Of a stretch of 52,907 nt of DNA, positions 29,187 to 37,322 are shown piece after piece. Every line of letters begins with the position of its first letter. Positions within the stretch are counted from its first letter, which is position 1. Both the position numbers and the translations under genes were made by a program. The notes below the pieces were generated by a model, which worked only from the letters and a program-made list of their open reading frames with translations, ran no database searches and had not been told where the DNA came from. The stretch lies in contig CBFGJX010000020.1 in the NCBI GenBank assembly GCA_965649225.1, positions 1 to 52,907 of the forward strand, read 5' to 3'. The DNA comes from a candidate division WOR-3 bacterium (GTDB taxonomy: Bacteria; Hydrothermota; Tepidihabitantia; Tepidihabitantales; Tepidihabitantaceae).

Positions 29187-31442
29187 CTACCTCGTTCGCA
29201 CCAGCTTGAGTCCGCTGGTCGTAGTCGTCCCGGTCCCGTCCCCGACAGTGAGGCGAACAAAGTAAACGCCACCGGGCGTTGCCGCCGCCGGCAGTGTCAA
29301 ACGCCGGTCATGCCGACCGGCAGCCAGCTCACCCTCGACCAGTGTCGCCACCGCCCGTCCGGCCGCATCGAACACCCGCAGCGACACCCGCGCCGGATTC
29401 GGCAGGCTGAACCGGACCACGGTTGAAACCGCGACCGGGTTCGGCCATGCGCTCAGATTCAGCTCCGGCAGCACCGCTGGGGCCGGCTGGGCCAGTCCAA
29501 CCGTACTGTCGTTGGCGGCAAGGAATGTCGGGTTCATCGGCCGGAAAGTTCCGCTGCCGTCCGGCCAGCGCCCGAAACTGACATCGGCAGTCTGCGGCCC
29601 CCAGCAGACCCAATCTTGACGCCGGCCGTCCGGGTCCGAAAGCACCAGCGTTCCCTCCGTACCGGAAAGCCGGAAGCCGGCGTGCAAACCCGGCTGCGTC
29701 GTGTCGGCATCAGCCCATACTGCCAGAAATCCTCCGGCGGGTATCGTTATGTCGGGAAACTCCCAGCGGCCGATGTCGCTGCTGTCATCGGACAACAGCC
29801 AGCCATCGAGCGAGACGGCCCTCGTTCCGGCATTGTACAACTCAATCCAGTCGTCGTACTGTCCGGCCGGGTCGCGCACCGTCGAATTATTGATGGCCAT
29901 CAGCTCATTGATGACCACATCGCCGACAACCGGCAGGATGAAAAACTCGTGTTCGGCCCGCGCCGGAACAAACACTGCGGCCGCGCTGTTTTCGGCGTAG
30001 ATGTAGTATTGCAGATTGCCGCCCCCGACCCGCAGACTGGCCGTGAACGAATCGCCCCGGGCCGCCATCGGCAACCGCTCGAAGCGGCAGGCCGGGCTCT
30101 GGCGCCAGCACAGAAAAACCGAATCGGCTCCGGTCACTGTCGCCCGGAATGTCACCACCGCCCGCGGCCGGGGCACTGCCGGTTCGACCGCAATCGCTGA
30201 TATCACCGGTGCCGGCGCACTGAACTGCGGCAGCCCGAGAATGTAACTGCGCCGGGCGTTCATCAGCTCGGTCAACCCGACGATTGCCATTGGTCCGCTG
30301 CCCACCGAACTGGTGACGTTACTGATAAAGTCGTTGTAGCTGTAAAACTTGTTGCGGTCAGCCCGAACATGAGCATCAATGATGTCCTGAATCGCCAGCG
30401 CCCGGTCACGGTACCAGTTGTTGGTGAAAACCTCATCAATCATCGTCTTCATGTGGGCAACATACATTCGCTGTGCCCGCGGACTGGTGAGCACGCGGCT
30501 GACGATCGGATACTCCGGTTCGGCAAACCGGAGGAACGGGTCAAGCTGCTGCATCTGAGTAACGCTGAGGATGCCGCCTGGCCAGAGGTCGCGGAATGCG
30601 CCGAAACTTTCGTTGAGGTCCCAGACAACCGGATTGAACCGGCCGGCCGGGTCACGGAAGAGATAGAAGTTCTGCGGCATGTTTATCGGGGCATCGAGAT
30701 TGACCAGCAGGATGTCGAACGCCAGCATCCACAAGTGCCGATCAAGATTCAGCACCCGCTCGACCATCTCCGGATGGTTGTTGAGCGTATCAAGCATCGC
30801 CACCAGTTCCCGCCAGCCCGAGTCCGACTGCAGCTCATAATAATGTCGATAGGCGGTGCTGTCCGGGCCGAAGTACTTCCAGCCGCACATCTGTGAACTG
30901 TCGGTCAGCCGACCCTTGAACCGGGCACCGTCACCGGAGAGAAAATGGCTCCGGACAAAATGCCGGTCCGGGTCTTCGTTGTTCGTGTACAGTCCAATTA
31001 GCGTATCGTTGATCCAGACATTGACGAAGTTGGACCGGCCGGCGGGCATGTAGCGCCGGGCAATCTCGTAACTCAGCACCTCGCGCACGAAACTGGGGTC
31101 CTTGTAGACATTTGCCAGTCGCAAGGTGCCGTGTCCCTCAATCTCCTGCCCGGGCCGGACATAATCCAGTTTGATGTTCAGCGGATTCTTGCGCCGCCCC
31201 GGGTTGTAGGAACTGCCGCCCTTGTAGCGGACTCCGACCGAGTCGAATCTCACGCCATTGACAATCGCGGCACCCAGCAGTCTTCCCTCTTCGCCGGCCG
31301 CATAAAGGCTGTCGAGTATCTCGTCCCAGTTCGGCTCGGCAAAATACAGCCGAACCTCGCCGACCTGCTCGATGTCAAAAAAACCGGCGGCTGCCACAGC
31401 TGCCAGCACCCCGGCAACCGCAGCCAGCCGACCAACAGTCAC
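29187..31442 (-). CDS. CotH family kinase with lamin-tail domain and C-terminal sorting domain
   Basis: GVRYKGGSS, LNIKLD, DPSFVREVLSY, GLYTNNE, NFYLF and WDLNESFG motifs, then VVINELMA...DWIELYN (LTD) and a CTD. Confidence 0.9.
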   Translation of the reverse strand: MTVGRLAAVAGVLAAVAAAGFFDIEQVGEVRLYFAEPNWDEILDSLYAAGEEGRLLGAAIVNGVRFDSVGVRYKGGSSYNPGRRKNPLNIKLDYVRPGQEIEGHGTLRLANVYKDPSFVREVLSYEIARRYMPAGRSNFVNVWINDTLIGLYTNNEDPDRHFVRSHFLSGDGARFKGRLTDSSQMCGWKYFGPDSTAYRHYYELQSDSGWRELVAMLDTLNNHPEMVERVLNLDRHLWMLAFDILLVNLDAPINMPQNFYLFRDPAGRFNPVVWDLNESFGAFRDLWPGGILSVTQMQQLDPFLRFAEPEYPIVSRVLTSPRAQRMYVAHMKTMIDEVFTNNWYRDRALAIQDIIDAHVRADRNKFYSYNDFISNVTSSVGSGPMAIVGLTELMNARRSYILGLPQFSAPAPVISAIAVEPAVPRPRAVVTFRATVTGADSVFLCWRQSPACRFERLPMAARGDSFTASLRVGGGNLQYYIYAENSAAAVFVPARAEHEFFILPVVGDVVINELMAINNSTVRDPAGQYDDWIELYNAGTRAVSLDGWLLSDDSSDIGRWEFPDITIPAGGFLAVWADADTTQPGLHAGFRLSGTEGTLVLSDPDGRRQDWVCWGPQTADVSFGRWPDGSGTFRPMNPTFLAANDSTVGLAQPAPAVLPELNLSAWPNPVAVSTVVRFSLPNPARVSLRVFDAAGRAVATLVEGELAAGRHDRRLTLPAAATPGGVYFVRLTVGDGTGTTTTSGLKLVRTR

Positions 31443-31445
31443 CTA

Positions 31446-32480
31446 CTACCGCCCCGATTGATTTGAACGGCCCGGACTCGGCCGGGCAAGAAACTGCCAC
31501 TGCCCGCCACCGTCCGGCACCCGGCCCCAGGAAGTATCCGTGCGCTGAGGCCCGAACGACAGCGTGTCAACAGCCAGCGCGTGACGGCCAAGCGGCGAAT
31601 ACAACCCGAGCTGCTCGCCCCGCACCGCGGCAAGATTCAGAGTTGCGTGCAGCGGCCCCTGCTCCGGCTCGTCGTCACACCAGACCAACAGGAATCCGCC
31701 CGGCCGGATCAGCGTATCCGGAAAGGTCCAGCATCGCGGCCGGCTCAGGTCATCGGTGAGAAACCAGCCACCCAGCCGAACGGCGCTGTCGCCGGCATTG
31801 TAGATCTCTACCCAGTCGTCAAAATCACCGTGCTCGTCGGTATTCACACCATCGTTATCGGCCAGCAGCTCGTTGATATAGACCGTGCCACGCCAGGGTG
31901 ATTCGCCGGTGATGTTCCGGTCACCCGGAGTCGGATACGGCAGTTCGGTCCACTGTCCGCCATCGGGCAGCCTGCCCCAGGAGGTATCAGTCCGCTGTGG
32001 TCCGAATGTCAGCGTATCGACGAAAGAAACCCGGTCGCCCTGAGCAGCAAAGAGTCCAAGCTGTTCCCCATCGGCGCTGAGCCGGAATGAGGCATGCAGG
32101 GCACCCTGACGATATTCGCCATCACACCACACCAGCAGGTAGCCACCCGGTGCAATCACCGTGTCGGGGAAGGACCACTTTGATGGATTGGCGAGATTGT
32201 CGGTCAGATACATTCCGCGCAGGCGAATCGGCGTCGTGCCGGCATTGTGAACCTCAACCCAGTCGGCGTAATCACCGAACTCATCGGCAATCGTCGTCTG
32301 GTTCGAAGCCATGAACTCGTTGATGTAAAGAATGCCGGCGAACGGCGACTGGCGATAACCGGCCGGTTCGGCACTGCAACCACTCACGCCGACCAGCAAC
32401 ACGATGGTTGCCACTGTTGCCCGCAGTCGCGTCCAGCCGCAACCTGTTCTGGCCGCGATACCCGCAAAACTGCTTCTCAT
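31446..32480 (-). CDS. Lipoprotein with two lamin-tail (LTD) domains
   Basis: Lipobox VSGC and two INE(F/L)(M/L)A.N....DE.GD..DWVE..N repeats, each ending near TFGPQRTDTSWGR. Confidence 0.88.
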   Translation of the reverse strand: MRSSFAGIAARTGCGWTRLRATVATIVLLVGVSGCSAEPAGYRQSPFAGILYINEFMASNQTTIADEFGDYADWVEVHNAGTTPIRLRGMYLTDNLANPSKWSFPDTVIAPGGYLLVWCDGEYRQGALHASFRLSADGEQLGLFAAQGDRVSFVDTLTFGPQRTDTSWGRLPDGGQWTELPYPTPGDRNITGESPWRGTVYINELLADNDGVNTDEHGDFDDWVEIYNAGDSAVRLGGWFLTDDLSRPRCWTFPDTLIRPGGFLLVWCDDEPEQGPLHATLNLAAVRGEQLGLYSPLGRHALAVDTLSFGPQRTDTSWGRVPDGGGQWQFLARPSPGRSNQSGR

Positions 32481-32492
32481 CGTCCGTACTCC

Positions 32493-33521
32493 CTAGAATC
32501 CTGCCTGTGCCTCAACAACCAGCGTCCGGCTGGCGTCCGGTTCGGCCGTCAGCCCGGCCCCAACATTTGCCTTCAACCGGATTCGCTCCTGCAGATGCCA
32601 GTTCACACCAGCCGTGATTGTCGTCTGGGCGGTCTCGGGTCGGCGGCAGTCAGCAGCAAGACGCTCCAGCCGCAGCACCGGCTCCAGCACACCCAGCCGT
32701 GCCGAACCGGTCAGCCAGACACCCAACGCTGTGGCCGCACCTGCCTCGCCCACCAGCCCTTCCAGTTCCAGGCTTGCTCGACCCAGCCGCACCAGCAAAT
32801 CGCCACCAGCAGCGGTCACCGACTCACCGGTCAGGCTGTCGTTTCGCTGGCTGAAATTCAGTCCGGCCGAAAGCCGCTCTGTCGGTTCAAAAACCAGCCG
32901 CCCGGCAAACTGCTTGGCATCATTGTCGTCACGCAGCGACCGGGCCCGGTTGCCGTTGAACACGCCCAGTGCGTAGCTGAGTCGCAGGCGGGACAGTTCA
33001 CCATCGGCAATCAGGCCGATATCGCGGCCCAGAAAGCCGAGCGAATCAAAAAACGCATTGCTCCGGCTGCGTTCGACCATTGTCAGGCGGCTTGCCGGAC
33101 AAAGTTCCTCCCGGCTGAACGGCATTTTCTGCACACCGGCGACAAGCCGCACCGGCATGCCGATGCGGAACGCCGCAAATGCATCCTTGAGCTCCAGTTT
33201 GAGGTCATCAGCCCCCAGTTCCAGTACGGTTCTTGCGCGGGCACCATACTCGTAGTCAAGCCGGGCGCGGGCGCGCCGCAGACTGAAACCGTGATGCTGC
33301 CAGCGGTCGGCAGCGGCATTGGGGAAATACGCCACACTCCACTGGACATGAACATAGCCGTTCAGCTCCAGCCGGCCACCATCCTTGCGTTCCCCGATCC
33401 GCACTGCCCAGGCGGTATCTGCTGCAACAATAGCGACCAGCAGGACAAGACCTCTGGCCAGCCGAAGCCGCCGCAGGAAAACCGCGGCCGAAGCCAGACC
33501 GACGGCTCGGTCAATTTTCAT
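32493..33521 (-). CDS. Outer-membrane porin, phosphate-selective porin O/P-like
   Basis: FSLRRARARL, LKDAF, AGVQKMPFSREE, GRDIG and YALGVFNG motifs, with a C-terminal Phe. Confidence 0.78.
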   Translation of the reverse strand: MKIDRAVGLASAAVFLRRLRLARGLVLLVAIVAADTAWAVRIGERKDGGRLELNGYVHVQWSVAYFPNAAADRWQHHGFSLRRARARLDYEYGARARTVLELGADDLKLELKDAFAAFRIGMPVRLVAGVQKMPFSREELCPASRLTMVERSRSNAFFDSLGFLGRDIGLIADGELSRLRLSYALGVFNGNRARSLRDDNDAKQFAGRLVFEPTERLSAGLNFSQRNDSLTGESVTAAGGDLLVRLGRASLELEGLVGEAGAATALGVWLTGSARLGVLEPVLRLERLAADCRRPETAQTTITAGVNWHLQERIRLKANVGAGLTAEPDASRTLVVEAQAGF

Positions 33522-33536
33522 TAGCACTGCGTTAAC

Positions 33537-33565
33537 AGTTTATTGGACACCGCAGACAAATGCAA
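33537..33565 (-). promoter_or_regulatory. Putative promoter of the porin-CotH-VTC operon
   Basis: Minus strand reads TTGCAT-17 bp-TAAACT. Confidence 0.45.
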
Positions 33566-33613
33566 CACTGTGCTCGAATAACGAGACTTTAGATAACGCT
33601 CACAACAATTCGC

Positions 33614-33638
33614 CGGGAGGGGCGGCAAACCCCTCCCG
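33614..33638. other. Inverted repeat in long intergenic region
   Basis: CGGGAGGGG-cggcaaa-CCCCTCCCG. Confidence 0.6.
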
Positions 33639-34182
33639 ACATCCGACCCGTGCATTCTGAACTGATATCAGGTCGGCAAGGAGGCACGATGGCCACGGCA
33701 GCAATGCTGCCGGCAATCGCTATCTAACACCGGGACTGCGTCACTATTCCCCGCCAGCGTTGACCGCGATGCCAACTGCCCCCCACCATCATAACAACGA
33801 TCACCACTCAGGCGTTGATAGCGACAGCGATACCGCAGAAACCCGCCGAAATAAGGGAGCAACACCCACTTCTACCCATAGTCGTCATCTTGTGTTAGCG
33901 CGTCAATCCGTGCCCTTCCTATCGCCTGTATGGTGGCCAAGTGGTGATTTCTCCCATAGGGAACTGTAAAACAAATCTTCTTGAACCCTCCCCCGGCCGT
34001 TCTGGAGACAGCCTTGGCAAGCCTTGGTGGGGATTTTTCCCTGAAAATCGTCGTCGGGCCGCCAGACTGGACCGGTTGTGAATTGGCTGTCAGAACGGCT
34101 CTACTGGAACCGAGATGTCGCCGGCCCTGTCAGGACTGGCTCTAATGGTTATGCAAGACATCAATTACAACCGGAGGCTGCC

Positions 34183-34551
34183 ATGAAAGACGTATCGAAC
34201 CGCGTCGCAAAATGGACGGCGAAGTACCGGGCTGACAGGATGAAGGCGGTCCTGGACGAGCAGCGTGAAGCGATGCTCTGGAACAACGCGACCGCCATCA
34301 CCGAACTGTCCCGAACCGAAACCCGGGTTCGGCAGGTACTCAAAGACTGCGGTGTTCAGGCCATCCTGTATGTGCCGTATCTGAACTATGGACGCGAACT
34401 GTTCCGGCTGTCGCGGCGGCAGGACATCTCGCATGATTCGTTCAGGCTCGCGGCCCGAATCCTGCTAGTCAAATGGCAGACCCGCGGGCTCAACCCGACA
34501 GTGCTGGCGGCAATAGGCACACAGGTATTCAACCTCGCCGAAACGGAATAG
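34183..34551 (+). CDS. 122-aa basic helical protein resembling the SIRV2/Adnaviria major capsid protein
   Basis: GGAGG RBS at 34173-34177. Motifs SNRVAKWTAKY, VRQVLKDCGV, YLNYGRELFR and NPTVLAAI are collinear with the rudivirus coat protein as I recall it. Confidence 0.75.
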   Translation: MKDVSNRVAKWTAKYRADRMKAVLDEQREAMLWNNATAITELSRTETRVRQVLKDCGVQAILYVPYLNYGRELFRLSRRQDISHDSFRLAARILLVKWQTRGLNPTVLAAIGTQVFNLAETE

Positions 34552-34552
34552 G

Positions 34553-34580
34553 GCCGGGCCGCAGATCAATGCGGCCCGGC
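34553..34580. terminator. Hairpin between convergent genes
   Basis: GCCGGGCCGCA-gatcaa-TGCGGCCCGGC. Confidence 0.7.
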
Positions 34581-34620
34581 AGTTCGCTTCAGTCAGCGGA
34601 GTAGTTCGCCCCGCTATCGC

Positions 34621-34752
34621 TCAACAGCAACAGTCACAGCGGCATTCACACTCAGACTCGGGGCAGCCGTGTTCGACAGAACCGCAAAATTGGCTGTCGC
34701 ACGCGGCCGCCTGGCCTAAGCCCACTTTCAGTTCATCCTTGGCGCGTTTCAT
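34621..34752 (-). CDS. 43-aa Cys-rich peptide
   Basis: MKRAKDELKVGLGQAAACDSQFCGSVEHGCPESECECRCDCCC, with an AAGGTGA SD upstream of the ATG. Confidence 0.55.
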   Translation of the reverse strand: MKRAKDELKVGLGQAAACDSQFCGSVEHGCPESECECRCDCCC

Positions 34753-34907
34753 CAGGCTCACCTTCTTTCGGCCGGTTAGACTCGCACTGCCGTTTCGGGA
34801 TGCGCAAGACCGACACCTTGTCAGCTTCTTGTCCATGCTCCCGGGAATAGGCCATGCCCGGCGGCGGTAGATGGGATTGGCTGTTCTGCGGTCTGAAAGG
34901 AGTCCGA

Positions 34908-35216
34908 ATGAAACGCGCTACTGTCGCAGTCCTCATTGCACTCGCGCTTGCGAGCCCCGGCTTCGCCGCACGCCCACCAGTGCGACGGCCCGGCCCGCGC
35001 ACCCGGCACGTGATCGTGCACCGGCCGCTGATGCGCCGCCTGATGCGCGTCTTCTGGTACAGCCCGCGCCACTGCTGCCACGACCGTGGCCGGCACTGTG
35101 GCTACTCACGTGGCCGGCACTATGGACACCGTCACGGCCACCATCGCGGCTGGCCCGACAACCGCTGGCAGCGCGGGTGGCCCGACGAACCGGGCCGGGG
35201 TCGCCGCGGTCGCTAG
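34908..35216 (+). CDS. Small secreted Arg/His-rich protein
   Basis: AAAGGAG RBS, signal peptide MKRATVAVLIALALASPGFA and RGRH/RHGHH repeats. Confidence 0.7.
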   Translation: MKRATVAVLIALALASPGFAARPPVRRPGPRTRHVIVHRPLMRRLMRVFWYSPRHCCHDRGRHCGYSRGRHYGHRHGHHRGWPDNRWQRGWPDEPGRGRRGR

Positions 35217-35339
35217 GCCTCTTTCTCCAGCCGACGGCAGCGGCCGGCCGGCCGCTGCCGTTTCGGCTTGACCATTGTCCCAGCTCACCCTAGCATTGTG
35301 ATGAGGTCTGGCAAACGGACCCAGAAGGAAAAGACAGTT

Positions 35340-36764
35340 ATGAAGCGAAAAAACGTCCTGCCTCTGCTGCTCCTGCTTGCACTGTCCCCAGTGGTGGTGC
35401 TGGCTGGACCGCAGCCGGGCGATCCGGCACCCAACTTCTCGCTGCCGGACACAACCTGGACACTGCGTCAACTCACCGAGTTCCGGGGACGCGTTGTCCT
35501 GCTCAATTTCTGGACATCGGGCTGACCAACCTGCCGCGCGGAGTTGCCGCGCCTGTCCGTGATGCAAAACGATTACGGCTCACACGGCTTCAGTGCCATC
35601 GCCATCAATCTCAACGAAGATATGGAGAATGTGGTGAAGGTATGGGCCCGGCAGAACACCAACCTCTACCTGCGAGACAACGGCAGCGCCTGGGCGGTCT
35701 ACCGCCAGAATAACTACATCCCGCTGAACTACGTCGTTGACACCAGCGGGATTGTCCGGTTCTGGCAGGAAGGGTTCAACGAAGACTACATCCGCCAGCT
35801 GATTGAACAATACCTGCCGGACCCGATTGACCACGATGTCGGAGTAACCAGGCTTGTCGCCCCGGCCGGTGCGATTGATTCGGGCCACGCAGTCACCCCG
35901 GCATGCACGGTCTACAATTACCGTGCCAACACCGAAACCTATCAGGTCCGTCTCCGTATCGGCTCGCGCTATAACGAGACGGTAACGGTAACCGGCCATG
36001 CTCCCTACACTGCCCGGCGCGTTGAATTTCCGCAGTGGACTGCAATGGAACGTGGCGCCATCACCGCCACCTGTTCGACCGAACTCGCCGGCGACGACAT
36101 TCCGGGCAACGACGCCCGGCGCAACTCTTTGACGGTCAATGTCTTTGACCTTGCTGTCCTTGCGATTATCGCTCCGGCCGATACGGTTGACTCAGCGGCA
36201 GCGATTCAGCCTCAGGTACTGATTGCCAACCTCGGCACCATGTCGGACTTCGCCCGTGTCCGGCTCTGGATCGGCGACTTCTACTCCGACAGCGTCAACG
36301 TTGCCCTCCAGCCCGGCGACACCGGTACTGCCCGCCTGCGCAGCTGGACACCGCAGCAACTGGGCACGTTCCCGCTCCGCTGCAGCGTGTCCGGCATCCG
36401 GGGCGAAATGGTTCCGGCCAACAATGTCGCCTGGCGCAGTGTCCACGTCCGGGCTTCCGGCATTGCCGAACCGGGTTTCTCCGGATTCGTCAACCGGGTG
36501 TTCGAGGCGCGTCCCAATCCGCAGGGCCGGGGTGCCGTGTTCAGCTTCAACCTCGCCGCGCCAGGACCAGCCAGCATCGCTGTTTACTCGCCAACCGGCG
36601 AACTGGTGCGCACACTGCTCTGTGGCCAGCAGCCTGCCGGCCGCCACGAAGTAGTCTGGGACGGCCACGACAACGGCGGCCGGCAGGTCGGTTCCGGCGC
36701 CTGGCTTGTCCAGTTCCGGTCCGGCGAACAGCGAATCACCCGCAAGTTCACTCTCAGTCACTAA
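35340..36764 (+). CDS. Secreted selenocysteine-containing TlpA/AhpC-TSA redoxin fused to CARDB-like domains and a C-terminal sorting domain
   Basis: The two track ORFs (35268..35525 and 35544..36764) are in the same frame. The TGA at 35523-35525 gives LLNFWTSG-U-PTCRAELP, a UxxC motif at the redoxin active site. Confidence 0.88.
35526..35552 (+). promoter_or_regulatory. Bacterial SECIS-like hairpin
   Basis: GCGCGG-AGTTG-CCGCGC starting after a 10-nt spacer downstream of the UGA, with G in the second loop position. Confidence 0.65.
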
Positions 36765-36778
36765 TCCGCACTGTTGCT

Positions 36779-36810
36779 GCCGAACCCGGGTATTCTGACC
36801 CGGGTTCGGC
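36779..36810 (+). terminator. 13-bp hairpin after the selenoprotein gene
   Basis: GCCGAACCCGGGT-attctg-ACCCGGGTTCGGC. Confidence 0.7.
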
Positions 36811-36901
36811 GTTCCTGTGATCATGACTTGACGTCTTGCTCTGCCCGCCTACGATGAACTGACGGCAGACCGTCTCTCCGTGACGGCCGACAGGAGGCAA
36901 C

Positions 36902-37162
36902 GTGAACGGCAACGTCTGCGTCAGGACCTACACTACATTGCAGGAAGCGGAGCTGGCTCTGCTTTCGCTTCAAAGCCAGGGCATCACCGCTGCGATTGTT
37001 ACCGAGGAACCAGCAGCGGCAGCGGCTGAGGGTGACAACGCTGTCCGGCTCTGTGTTTTGCCCGACGACTTTGAACGCGCGATTGCAGTACTGGATTCAG
37101 CCGGACCGCCCGACACTCTGACAGAAACCGACTGCGAAGGGCAACTCCGCCATCGCTACTGA
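36902..37162 (+). CDS. DUF2007-like small protein
   Basis: AGGAGG RBS and EAELALLSLQSQGI...VRLCVLPDDFERAIAVL. Confidence 0.75.
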   Translation: MNGNVCVRTYTTLQEAELALLSLQSQGITAAIVTEEPAAAAAEGDNAVRLCVLPDDFERAIAVLDSAGPPDTLTETDCEGQLRHRY

Positions 37163-37322
37163 GCAATCACGGAGGTTCCTCCGGCACCGGCTTTCGCGTC
37201 TCCTGCCTCAATTTATTCTGACGGCGTTCTGTGCTGCCGGCAGGCCGTGACCGCCGTGGACAACGAAAACGAGCAACAGCCTGACCGCAGGATACGAGCC
37301 AAGACCGAGTCAAACTTATAAC

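Noticed and set aside
34590..34623. Sec read-through of the TGA ending the Cys-rich peptide
   Set aside because: Read-through would run into the convergent hairpin and gene with no recognisable protein sequence, and no homology evidence supports it.
33522..35339. Provirus around the capsid-like gene
   Set aside because: No integrase, replication, packaging or other structural genes were seen, and no att or terminal repeats.
35523..35525. Pseudogene, or genome-wide TGA-to-Trp/Gly recoding
   Set aside because: TGA ends many genes here and TGG is used for Trp. The stop sits exactly at the redox Cys position with a SECIS-like hairpin, which favours Sec.
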